DNA of 64,000 bases, taken from the NCBI GenBank assembly GCA_040285745.1, contig JAUFOR010000003.1, positions 682,001-746,000 of the forward strand, written 5' to 3'. This DNA comes from Barthelona sp. PCE (lineage: Eukaryota). Each line of letters starts with the position of its first letter. The stretch's first letter is position 1. Shown piece by piece: positions 1 through 9,243 of this stretch. The notes under the pieces were generated by a model. It had not been told where the DNA came from. It did not search any database and saw only the letters and a list, made by a program, of their open reading frames with translations. The position numbers and the translations under genes are program-made.

Positions 1-1
1 T

Positions 2-250
2 ACACCGAATGGCATATGTACAGCCCATAACATTTCCTTATACCTTCCTGATTCAAATGTAGCAACTTCAATTAAACCAATTGCCAAAGACACTGTAGAA
101 GTTGCGTTCATCAATAGCACAACGTTTGTGACGTGTATTCTAGATGTTTGTGACCATATGGTTGATGTTATTGATCGTGAAAGTGTGGATCTCAACACCT
201 TTTTTAACGAAGCAGTGTTTTCTCACCTAGAGACACCCAATGAAATCTAA
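2..250 (+). CDS. 3' end of a hypothetical protein (5'-truncated by the window); possible paralogue of 27260..28960
   Basis: Frame starting at base 2 is open to TAA at 248-250 (TPNGICTAHN...VDVIDRESVDLNTFFNEAVFSHLETPNEI*). Absent from the ORF track; translated by hand. Confidence 0.7.
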   Translation, partial: TPNGICTAHNISLYLPDSNVATSIKPIAKDTVEVAFINSTTFVTCILDVCDHMVDVIDRESVDLNTFFNEAVFSHLETPNEI

Positions 251-273
251 AAAAACAGCCCAAAACGTTTGAT

Positions 274-918
274 TTATTGTTCTACGAACACCTTTGAGCG
301 TACTGCAAGTCGTAATCTTTCAACCAAGGGTTCTGCTTTTCTTATTGTTCGCACAATGATATCTGTCTTTGTTAATTCGTGTACTGGGATCTTACCGTCC
401 ACCCAATACTGTAAAACCAATAGATTAGCAGATGTAAAAGCAAGCGTGATTGCACATTTTTCCATCTGTCCTTCCCGTTCGAAATTCACCTTTTCTGTCG
501 CACTAAAGACCAGATCCCGCATAGATACATTTGCATGGACCAGGGCAAGTGATACAACATTAAGAACTACAGAACGCAAATAATCATCGCCTTCCAATAC
601 GATTACGTCGATTTCCAAGAACATAGAGTCATATTTGTCAGCAACAATGATACTTTCAAACGTGTGCTTCACGAAATAATGCAGCTGGGCAACATCTGTG
701 TCTGTATTGGAGTATGTGGGTATTTGAATGTTTATCTTCAACATCTCTGGGTGAGACTGCTCCTTTGTGAAGCCTGTGCGTGGAAAAGGGCCCTTGATTG
801 AACAAACAGCTTTGGAATTCTGCATTTCAAAGACTGCACTGCCTGCTACTCGTTGACAGACATCAAATTTGAACTTCACTGACTCTAATTGATCGGGTAC
901 GCTATCAATAGCGTTCAT
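274..918 (-). CDS. Exosome complex RNase PH-domain subunit (MTR3/RRP46-like)
   Basis: GSAVFEMQNSKAVCSIKGP, LEIDVIVLEGDD and ALVHANVSMRDLV match RNase PH fold motifs; the exact subunit is not resolved. Confidence 0.8.
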   Translation of the reverse strand: MNAIDSVPDQLESVKFKFDVCQRVAGSAVFEMQNSKAVCSIKGPFPRTGFTKEQSHPEMLKINIQIPTYSNTDTDVAQLHYFVKHTFESIIVADKYDSMFLEIDVIVLEGDDYLRSVVLNVVSLALVHANVSMRDLVFSATEKVNFEREGQMEKCAITLAFTSANLLVLQYWVDGKIPVHELTKTDIIVRTIRKAEPLVERLRLAVRSKVFVEQ

Positions 919-972
919 TTATGTGTGAATGTGGTGTAAAAAGATTTACCGCTTTTCTCGAGCATCATTGTG

Positions 973-1758
973 ATGGACAGTGCCAGTTTTTACCTGCCGC
1001 CATCTCTTTGGGACGAAATTGCATTCAAACTATCGGGATCTGAAAAAGAAGCTGCACGTTTTCTACTTGGACACAGTTTAATATCAAAATTGGAGGATAA
1101 ACATGAGTTCATAGAGAATATCATCAATATTCGTAACAGCTTCCGCGATAAAATAGAAGAACAGATCATCATCCCACGATTGTTGGAAAAAGCTTCAATA
1201 TTTGTGAGTAGACTGAAGCGCTGTGGATTGGGTAGCGAAAGTATGGGTACTAGCGACCATGGAGAACTTTGGAACCACGTAGAGCAGCGCAAAACGGAAG
1301 ATAAAAGACCAACCTCCGCAATTTCGAATAGTAGCACAATTTCAGATGAACGACCAATGAGTAGCGTATCAAACCGCAAGACATTAGGTTTTGAAGATCT
1401 CGATGATGAGCTAGTTGCAGAGATAAAGTCAAGTTTAGAAGCAGAACTGCATTGGCTCGATAAGGTTGGTGACGAACTACAACTTGAATTACTGCATTTG
1501 GCAGACGAAAACAGCGCTGCAACGCAGTCTCTGAACAAGAATTCCCTTGAAGAGTTTGTAGGGTTCCTTGAGAAAGAGTGGATGGCCAAGCGAAGCAGTG
1601 TATTGCACAGACCGGAAAGTACCGACCAAATCACGCCCAGGCGGCGATTCAAGAACAGGCATCAATCCTCTGACGAAATAACCGAAGCAGGAGCTTTTGT
1701 TATTGCACCTGTTCGTGCCTTTAGCACCGGTTCACTTCCACCAAGAAACCCAAAATAA
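973..1758 (+). CDS. CCDC24-like coiled-coil protein
   Basis: N-terminal PPSLWDEI...E...RFLLG and LDDELVAEIKSSLEAELHWL...LQLEL resemble the two conserved CCDC24 blocks. First ATG is at 973 (the track starts at GTG 970). Confidence 0.6.
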   Translation: MDSASFYLPPSLWDEIAFKLSGSEKEAARFLLGHSLISKLEDKHEFIENIINIRNSFRDKIEEQIIIPRLLEKASIFVSRLKRCGLGSESMGTSDHGELWNHVEQRKTEDKRPTSAISNSSTISDERPMSSVSNRKTLGFEDLDDELVAEIKSSLEAELHWLDKVGDELQLELLHLADENSAATQSLNKNSLEEFVGFLEKEWMAKRSSVLHRPESTDQITPRRRFKNRHQSSDEITEAGAFVIAPVRAFSTGSLPPRNPK

Positions 1759-1775
1759 TTTGTACATACATTTAC

Positions 1776-4715
1776 TTACTTTCTCTTCTTTGCACCCTTA
1801 TTCTTACCCTTTCCTTTTGTCTTTTTGTTACGGTCTCTGGTTTTGAAGTGCTCTTCATTTTCAGTCTCAAAGAGTGTAATATCTTCGTTAAATAGCTTGC
1901 TGTGCTCGTCTACAGTTCCTTCTATATCAGAAAGTGAAGAAATAAACTGCTTAATGAATTGTCCAGCGGAAACCTTCATTCCGATCACATCCACATCCAA
2001 CTCCGTCTTCTCCTCCTTCTCGCCTTCAATGCTACTGTCCTTCATCAGGGGAAGAGGAATGGTCTTCTCGTTCTCTTTAACAGCCTCTAAAGCCTCTCTG
2101 CCCTTTGCCTGAGTTGCATTTGAATTTTTTTCGCTTAAATGCGTATCTCTGAAATTAGTGAGGAACTCCACTTTCTCGTTCTCCACCGTGATCGCGCTGT
2201 TCTTGTTTAATGCTCCTTTCAGCAAGAAACCACAATAGTCAAATGATACAGACATCACATCAGCGCAAGTGCCGGACAATGCGTCTGCCGCGTTACATAG
2301 AACGCTGTCATCAAAGTCTGGAACGTCTGTGTTCAAAAGAAGATCCACTGTATTGTTTTCCTCAGATATCATGATGCCATCAATATAGACAGAGCCTACA
2401 CCTGTAACTTCCATCTGACTTTCCTCGCCTTGGAAGCAAACAACAGGGTATGGAGCCACTGCCTCCTCCGTAGACACGTGCATCGAGCAGAACATATAGA
2501 ACTGTGAGTAGTTCATGAAAGAAATCTTTGCCAGCTTTTGGTTACTTAAAAACGCTGGAATACCTGCTTTATGGTGTTGCACGATTCCTCCCTGTTCGAA
2601 CACTACGCTTTCCGGGGCAAAAATGGTGAGCGCACCAACCAACGGAGCTAGTGAAACGGGAACATCTGATAGCCCGTAAATACAAACATCAAGGGAGCAA
2701 GAGCCGTCAACAGGTAAGACCAGCTTTGACAAGCATCCTGAGTGGACCTTAACTCCGTTAACAATAATGACGATATCAAGAATCGAACTCACATACTCGT
2801 AATCCCAAACACAACCGTCAAGCTCGAAATCAATAACAATATCTTGAATCTGAGTGAAACTGCCACTCACGCACATCAGCGGCGTGACTACATTCGCATG
2901 TAGGTCTGGGGACTGTGGCAGTGTGAATGTAGTCACGTATAGCATACTTGTATCAAAAACTTCGTCAGGTGTCACCGTTACATTGGACTTCGAACGTGTG
3001 CGCTTCTTTGTAGGCTCATCGCTGACACCACTACGGGAAGCAATGAGGCTCTTAAGATCGTTTTTGAGTAGGACTGCGTTATCCCCAAACTCTATAGAAA
3101 CATAAACACCCGATACTGTTGTTACTTCAAGTCTGTAAATGTGCATCATCTGCTTTTTCACGATCTCCTCGTCCTTTGTTGTCTCTGTATCCACAAAGAC
3201 AGGCAGATCGACAGCGTGCTGTGATCTGAAACGCGATTTGACATCAACCGTATCAAAATCAGCGGTCAAGCACTGGAGACAGACCCGATTGACATGGTGA
3301 GGCGTTACTGGATTCCTCATCTGCTTGTTCTCGATTTTGACCACGGCAGAGGCGATAGGTAACTCACTTTGAATGGAAAAATATGCTGTGTGCGATCCCT
3401 TATGGTTGAATTCAAATGAATCAATGAAGCGTTCTTCTTCCTTCGCCGTCTGAAGGTAGTTCTGTGATGATAACACAGTATAGTCCTTGAAGTAAAGTGG
3501 GAGGTCATCAAAATAAACAAAGAATACTGTCTCATCGCCCTTCATTTCACGCTGCTTATACTCTTGCACCAATTCAAACTTTGTTTGCTTAATATAATCT
3601 TCAAAGTCACACGTCCACAATTCCTCATCCTCAACCAGATATGAACCTCTCTCCATCCACTGGATGTTGTGTCCAATCATGCGCAGAATGTACGCATCGG
3701 CACTGCTATTGTAAAACATGCCATCAACCAACACAAACTTGCACACTGATGATTTCTCCAAGGGTCCATGGTCCATCGTCATGAAGAGTCCCTGTGGGAT
3801 GATATCTGCCAGATGCAGTTCATCTAACGCGAAATCAACCATGCCCTCGTCAACCTTTCCAAACATACGCAGTAGGACCTCTGGAAGCAAGCGGTCCTCG
3901 GGTATGACACCGTTGAATGACTTGTACAGAGCCTTCACCAGTACTGTGATCCAAAACTCTCCGTTCTCATAAATTGGAATGAGGGGTTTGTAGTGATCAA
4001 GAACTTTGTTGCTCACAGGTTCGCCGTCTTCTCCTTCGGTCGTTTCCACCCGCATCACGGGGTAGCAAGGTACGGAGGAATCCACCTCAATCGCCCTCCA
4101 CTCACCGAACATAAACAGTTTGACAACATAATGATCGTTGTTTGAATTAACGGGGTATATACCTAGGATACGCTTTTCGTCGTCCTCACCAACTGTGAGC
4201 TCTGTCTGCGGATATATGCTTTCATACAAGAAAGTGCCGAGTTCGAACCGATCTTTAAAACGTGTGATTAAACTGAATAATCGTAAAATATCGTTATCTC
4301 TGATGTTTGACAGCATTTCGCGCTTATAATTGTATTCTTGACGGAGCGGGAAATCCTTAAAATAATCAATTGTCATGTCCAATTCATTCGAAAAAATGGT
4401 TACTTCATCTAACTTGTCATCTTCCTCACGGAATTGATTGCAAACGTCAAGAACTGTCATGAACTTGATGTTATCAACGTCGGTTGGAACAAGCCTGTGA
4501 TCTAAAATGCCAAATCCCATATTGTCTTGATATTGTACAGGTTTACCTGATGAAATGAGCGTGTTCAGGTTGAAGTCAGAGAATAATGTTGGAATGGGTA
4601 ACGTTTGATCCTCCTGCTCCTCCGGAGGATCTATTTTAGGAAAAGTAACGGGTTCAAAAGCAATAGAGTATCCATCGTTGCCCTTAGATCCCTTGGACTT
4701 CTTCTTTGAGCTCAT
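1776..4715 (-). CDS. Calpain-like domain protein, androglobin (ADGB)-like N-terminal region
   Basis: HYVVKLFMFGEWRAIEVDSSVP and LIPIYENGEFWITVLVKALYK resemble the ADGB/calpain CysPc block. Lys-rich termini. First ATG at 4715 (MSSKKK). Confidence 0.65.
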   Translation of the reverse strand: MSSKKKSKGSKGNDGYSIAFEPVTFPKIDPPEEQEDQTLPIPTLFSDFNLNTLISSGKPVQYQDNMGFGILDHRLVPTDVDNIKFMTVLDVCNQFREEDDKLDEVTIFSNELDMTIDYFKDFPLRQEYNYKREMLSNIRDNDILRLFSLITRFKDRFELGTFLYESIYPQTELTVGEDDEKRILGIYPVNSNNDHYVVKLFMFGEWRAIEVDSSVPCYPVMRVETTEGEDGEPVSNKVLDHYKPLIPIYENGEFWITVLVKALYKSFNGVIPEDRLLPEVLLRMFGKVDEGMVDFALDELHLADIIPQGLFMTMDHGPLEKSSVCKFVLVDGMFYNSSADAYILRMIGHNIQWMERGSYLVEDEELWTCDFEDYIKQTKFELVQEYKQREMKGDETVFFVYFDDLPLYFKDYTVLSSQNYLQTAKEEERFIDSFEFNHKGSHTAYFSIQSELPIASAVVKIENKQMRNPVTPHHVNRVCLQCLTADFDTVDVKSRFRSQHAVDLPVFVDTETTKDEEIVKKQMMHIYRLEVTTVSGVYVSIEFGDNAVLLKNDLKSLIASRSGVSDEPTKKRTRSKSNVTVTPDEVFDTSMLYVTTFTLPQSPDLHANVVTPLMCVSGSFTQIQDIVIDFELDGCVWDYEYVSSILDIVIIVNGVKVHSGCLSKLVLPVDGSCSLDVCIYGLSDVPVSLAPLVGALTIFAPESVVFEQGGIVQHHKAGIPAFLSNQKLAKISFMNYSQFYMFCSMHVSTEEAVAPYPVVCFQGEESQMEVTGVGSVYIDGIMISEENNTVDLLLNTDVPDFDDSVLCNAADALSGTCADVMSVSFDYCGFLLKGALNKNSAITVENEKVEFLTNFRDTHLSEKNSNATQAKGREALEAVKENEKTIPLPLMKDSSIEGEKEEKTELDVDVIGMKVSAGQFIKQFISSLSDIEGTVDEHSKLFNEDITLFETENEEHFKTRDRNKKTKGKGKNKGAKKRK

Positions 4716-4865
4716 TAGATGCAATCAAATGAGAAAGAAAGAGAGAAGAAATGTGATATCACGTTCATAACCTCTTTCGTTATACAACGATTATTCCTTT
4801 ATCTTAACACTAAAATAATTATCTTTTAGGGGCCCCGCGTTAATTAAATAGGTGTACGATCATTG

Positions 4866-5156
4866 ATGTCCAACTCACACATATCGCAACTTCCCCGCGA
4901 TGCAAATAGGTTTTTATACGTGCGGAACATATCACCCAAGTTAATCAGTAATTCTGAGAGCCTGTACACTCTCTTTGGACGATTTGGCTCAATACAACAA
5001 ATAAGAACTAAGGGCAATTACGCAATTGTGGTCTTTGACGATGTTTTTAATGCAAAAACAGCCCTAATCACACTCAATAACATGAACATACATGGAAGAT
5101 ATTTAAACATTTCATATCTACGTCATTTTAAAGCTTTGGATCCAACAAAACTGTAA
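4866..5156 (+). CDS. SF3B6: Splicing factor 3B subunit 6 (p14), single RRM
   Basis: LPRDANRFLYVRNI...LYTLFGRFGSIQQIR...AIVVFDDVFNAKTA...GRYLNISY follows the SF3B14/p14 pattern. ATG at 4866. Confidence 0.85.
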   Translation: MSNSHISQLPRDANRFLYVRNISPKLISNSESLYTLFGRFGSIQQIRTKGNYAIVVFDDVFNAKTALITLNNMNIHGRYLNISYLRHFKALDPTKL

Positions 5157-5298
5157 TTTTCACGTTTTGTTTTCATATTATCAGCGTTGCTTTTCACTGT
5201 TTTGTCGTTCCAAGTTGCCTGTATTCTCTTTTCATATATAAAGATTCATGTAAATCATATTAGAATTACGTTTTCCTTGTTTTACATTTCTCACTCTA

Positions 5299-7248
5299 AT
5301 GCCGTTTTTGAAAAGTTTAAGAAACCTAAAGGACAAGATCACTGAGATTGTAGCTTCCAGAGATCCTGGGGCTGAGCTGATCGAACATTTCGATGAGCTT
5401 ATTGAAGAAATTGCTGTTTATAAGGGGACTGTTGATATGCAGTACAATGAGACGGGTATCCCGGTCAAAATGGAGCTGCTTCTGGATCTTTTAACCTCCA
5501 AAGAAGAGCGTAAAGAAATGGATCAAAATGCGGGTGCAGGAACGTGTTTAGAAATTTTCTTCCAGAAGAGAATGTTCGAACGGATGCTTGAATCTGTTGG
5601 CATGGATGATCATGTGCTGTTAAGTAGCTTTTTGCTTTTTCTCAATGAGCTATTGATCAACATACCTAGCTTCCTGTTATACAAGCCTATAAACACTGAA
5701 CTCAACATATTTATTGAAAGCTTTTATCTGTTAATCAAAAGGACGTCTGTTAAATTTTTTAAAAAACGAGACTTTTTCGTTAATCTTGTCGATAGTTACA
5801 ATTTAGACACGTTCATGTCGTTTTCATTTGATTCGACCACACTCCATAAGGAAGGTGAAGAGGAAAAAAAGGAAAAGATCTCAAAGACTTTACTTCAAAG
5901 CTTTTCTCGTTTTCTTGCGACGTTAATAGATTCCCTCACAAACACACCTGACTACATTGAGTTCTTTCGTCACAATTTCTTTTTCTTTGAGTTGATCAGC
6001 TTCTTTGTTGATTTCGACATCGTTTTTAAATCACTTTCTTTTATTTTCATCGATTCTAACAATCCTCTTTTGTATCTGTTGCTTAAGGAGGGTAATTTGT
6101 TTGTCAATCTGTACGCAATTATTTTTGATTGCATTTATGTTGATGATACAGGATCTTTATCATGCAAGCATGAGAATATTCTCAGTGTGGTCTCCAAGAT
6201 CAATCAGGTTTTTAATTTACTTATTGTGAACGCCGACTGCGATATGGAACAATTACAGAAAGCAAATACTCGTTCACCTAGTACTTCTCAGGGTGTCTTT
6301 GCTTCATTTGTGTATGTATATCAGTCATTTTTATTGAAATTCTTATTCCCACTGTTTAAAAAGCACACCTTCATGAATGTAGAAAATTTTTCTTGTTTTT
6401 GTGATATTTGCACTTGTTTATTGCTTGAAACAGGTCCACAGCTCCAATCAGAGATTATTAAACAGCTAAACATCAAGGAAGAGATCAATCTCGTACAATC
6501 CTTCATCGAAGCAATTAGTGGTGATGAGTGTGATTACACCGTTTTGAATGCATATCTTCGTCTCCTCTGTGCTCTACTGTGCGTTTCGGATAGTAGCTTG
6601 CGAGTGCTTGTTGATGATATACTTGGTTTCACATCCGAAGAAGAAGAGCAAAAAATATTTGAACCCATGAACATTTCCGACTTTAACGATATTTTTACAC
6701 CATTCCAGGAGGAAAACGATAGAAATACTGACATGGAGTTGCTCCTCATGGACGTTGCGAGAAGAAATGTAGGTGTACTAGCAAGTGATTGCTATAGTGA
6801 TATAGATCTATTTCAAGAAGTTAAATTGCCTCCAGTGAAAAAGGAGGAGTTTGAAGACAGCAGCATTCCGCTTGCTAAGTTTATTGCAGTGCTTATATCC
6901 AGGTGCACGGACTTGTGTATGCCAGAAAACACAATGCTACTGCTCTTTGATATGATTGGTAAGGTTATAGTAACCAGAAAAGCAACGATGAGCTCGCTGT
7001 TCACATCTAGTGGTCTGTTTGCAGTCCTAGTTGAACCTCTCAAGCTCATGAAAGTAGAAATTGAAAAAATAAGCAGCGTTAATGATAAAATGATGGAAGT
7101 CCGCTATTTTCTGGAGTGTAACTCAATGGAAGGTGTTCCTCCATTGCTAACTAGCGAAGAATTTAATATTTTGTGCAGGTTTACTGTGCTTGAACAATGT
7201 CTAATGGAAATAAGTGCTTCTGGTATTGTTGTAAACAGTATGTTATAG
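5299..7248 (+). CDS. FHIP/FAM160 family protein (FTS-Hook-interacting, RAI16-like)
   Basis: GTCLEIFFQKRMFERML near the N-terminus and TVLEQCLMEISA at the C-terminus match the family's GxCxEY and LEEFxKELAA blocks. 649 aa. Confidence 0.7.
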   Translation: MPFLKSLRNLKDKITEIVASRDPGAELIEHFDELIEEIAVYKGTVDMQYNETGIPVKMELLLDLLTSKEERKEMDQNAGAGTCLEIFFQKRMFERMLESVGMDDHVLLSSFLLFLNELLINIPSFLLYKPINTELNIFIESFYLLIKRTSVKFFKKRDFFVNLVDSYNLDTFMSFSFDSTTLHKEGEEEKKEKISKTLLQSFSRFLATLIDSLTNTPDYIEFFRHNFFFFELISFFVDFDIVFKSLSFIFIDSNNPLLYLLLKEGNLFVNLYAIIFDCIYVDDTGSLSCKHENILSVVSKINQVFNLLIVNADCDMEQLQKANTRSPSTSQGVFASFVYVYQSFLLKFLFPLFKKHTFMNVENFSCFCDICTCLLLETGPQLQSEIIKQLNIKEEINLVQSFIEAISGDECDYTVLNAYLRLLCALLCVSDSSLRVLVDDILGFTSEEEEQKIFEPMNISDFNDIFTPFQEENDRNTDMELLLMDVARRNVGVLASDCYSDIDLFQEVKLPPVKKEEFEDSSIPLAKFIAVLISRCTDLCMPENTMLLLFDMIGKVIVTRKATMSSLFTSSGLFAVLVEPLKLMKVEIEKISSVNDKMMEVRYFLECNSMEGVPPLLTSEEFNILCRFTVLEQCLMEISASGIVVNSML

Positions 7249-7254
7249 AATGTC

Positions 7255-8331
7255 TCAACTGATTGGTCTAAATAACCAAGCAAAAACTACTCCGAAGATG
7301 ATGAGAACCAAGAGAAAAATGCGAAAAAAATTCTTCCTTTGTCTTTGCGAAAATCTTGAATTTTCTCTACGCTGTGACGTCTGGCTGTCCAGCACGACCT
7401 TTTCCTGCATCGTTATGTTCGGATTCTCCCTATAAACAACCACCTTCTCCTCATAAATGTCAAAATCAATCTCATCAAGTATACGCTCTTCTCCGTTGAA
7501 GAAACAAAGTGAGTTGCAGTTGGGAAGGGTATTTTCAGAGGTGTTCCACACAACATTAATTGGTAACTCAGGCTCCTGACCGCTTAGATAGAGCCTTTCC
7601 AAGAGACTCATCAAAAATCCAAATCGAGCTGATGATTCATTCAGAGCACTAATTTCCATCGTCCCGGCAATGGTCCGCTCCAACGCAGGGGTTTCTATGT
7701 TCAAAGTTGAGTTGGATACGCTGTTAACGTTCGGGAGTAACAGGCGTTGATCCTCAACATAAATACTGTTAAGAATACTGGGTGTGAGTGTGATGTAGTC
7801 TTCAGGGAGCTGAAGGCTGATGGGCATCTTATATATCTGAGGTTCAAAATCATCTTGATCAACAATCGTTAATGCATCCATAGAGAAAGATTCCATAAAT
7901 GTATTAAAAACTTTAACAGCGCATGATTTATCGAGTCTGTTGTAGTTAAGCCAGTAGATAGATTTTGAAAAGCCCTTGATTTGGTTTATAACACGAGAAA
8001 AATCAAAACCTTCATGGAAAGTGCTTAAAATACCCATTTCCATCGATTCTTCCATCCTAACTGCAACCTTTGTGACTGTGGCCTCAATGTCGTCCAGTTC
8101 ATCGATTGTAAATATTCCAATTGGGACACATCCGCTTGGTAGTGCTACCGTTAATCTCCCAATTGTTTCGCAAAATTCTTCGATTGATTCGTCGTCCCTG
8201 CTATCTAAAGCGGTGGAAATGAAGCCCAAACACGATGTATTGTTGGATTTATGCTTGCAACCCACTAATATTCCGGAATGAACGCGTAAACCTGATAACT
8301 TCTCTAGCAACTCTGCACTGATCCTAAGCAT
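7255..8331 (-). CDS. ODR-4-like tail-anchored membrane protein
   Basis: GILVG and LTVALPSGCVPIGIF resemble the ODR4 RMLPGGxxVLGVF block. Single C-terminal TM helix (IFLLVLIIFGVVFAWLF). Confidence 0.6.
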   Translation of the reverse strand: MLRISAELLEKLSGLRVHSGILVGCKHKSNNTSCLGFISTALDSRDDESIEEFCETIGRLTVALPSGCVPIGIFTIDELDDIEATVTKVAVRMEESMEMGILSTFHEGFDFSRVINQIKGFSKSIYWLNYNRLDKSCAVKVFNTFMESFSMDALTIVDQDDFEPQIYKMPISLQLPEDYITLTPSILNSIYVEDQRLLLPNVNSVSNSTLNIETPALERTIAGTMEISALNESSARFGFLMSLLERLYLSGQEPELPINVVWNTSENTLPNCNSLCFFNGEERILDEIDFDIYEEKVVVYRENPNITMQEKVVLDSQTSQRRENSRFSQRQRKNFFRIFLLVLIIFGVVFAWLFRPIS

Positions 8332-8360
8332 CCAAAAGAAGTGCTTGAAAAAAAGAAATA

Positions 8361-8960
8361 ATGGGTGAAAAATGCGTTAACACAAATATCACCTTATCAA
8401 CAACAATGAGCTTGTTCTTTGAGACGAGGAGGAGCCCCCAGAAAACTAGCGCTTCACCGCAAAAGATGGAGCTTGAAGATAACCTACACAAAAACAGCAC
8501 ATCTAATCGTTTTTCTTTACCTGTATTTAGCGCAGTACCCACGTTCAAAGTGGTTTCTTCGGAGTTTAGGGTAAATGTCCCCCAAAAAAATATGCAAACA
8601 ACCACAAGTTTTTATGAACCGTTGAATCGTACACAAACTCGGGCTAAATTCGATTTTGGAGCACCACAGCTGTCTAAAACTATGGTGAATCAGTCCCCTA
8701 TCAGTTTAAAAACTAGAGCGCCCGCTAACACAACGCTTGGTTCTGCCACTACACACAATTTGCCCAGGAATAGACGAAGTGGGATCTATTCTGTGCTGAA
8801 CAGTGTGTTTACTGGTGCTCAAACGGCTCCAATATCATCTCCTATGGAAAGAAAAGTAGTGCCACCCATGTCACCTACTCGCTTTGTTAACTCGATAATA
8901 CACAATCCCCACGACGAAAACGATGGAGAAGAAGAGGTGATGAAGCTTGAATTTATGTAG
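8361..8960 (+). CDS. Hypothetical Ser/Thr/Pro-rich, probably disordered protein
   Basis: 199-aa ORF fills the gap between genes, has several SP sites and no recognised family. The real start may be the ATG at 8406. Confidence 0.6.
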   Translation: MGEKCVNTNITLSTTMSLFFETRRSPQKTSASPQKMELEDNLHKNSTSNRFSLPVFSAVPTFKVVSSEFRVNVPQKNMQTTTSFYEPLNRTQTRAKFDFGAPQLSKTMVNQSPISLKTRAPANTTLGSATTHNLPRNRRSGIYSVLNSVFTGAQTAPISSPMERKVVPPMSPTRFVNSIIHNPHDENDGEEEVMKLEFM

Positions 8961-9243
8961 AACCTTGTATTGAAGAATCAGTGTGAAATTCTCTAGATTT
9001 GAGTTTTTTGTGTGTTTGTTTCCATTAGATATAGTTGATTATTCATATTATATGTAAATTGTAGGTATTTTCAGTAATTAGAATATGTAATTAACAACAC
9101 GTAAAAACATTCAAACATCTTTGTGGATTTTTTCTTCGTTTTTCTACTTTAAATGCACTGTATATACACGATGTCAATAGTAACAAAGAAATTTGAATTT
9201 ATCATTTTTTGTTTTCAATTAAATAACCTCCTTCACACAACAT

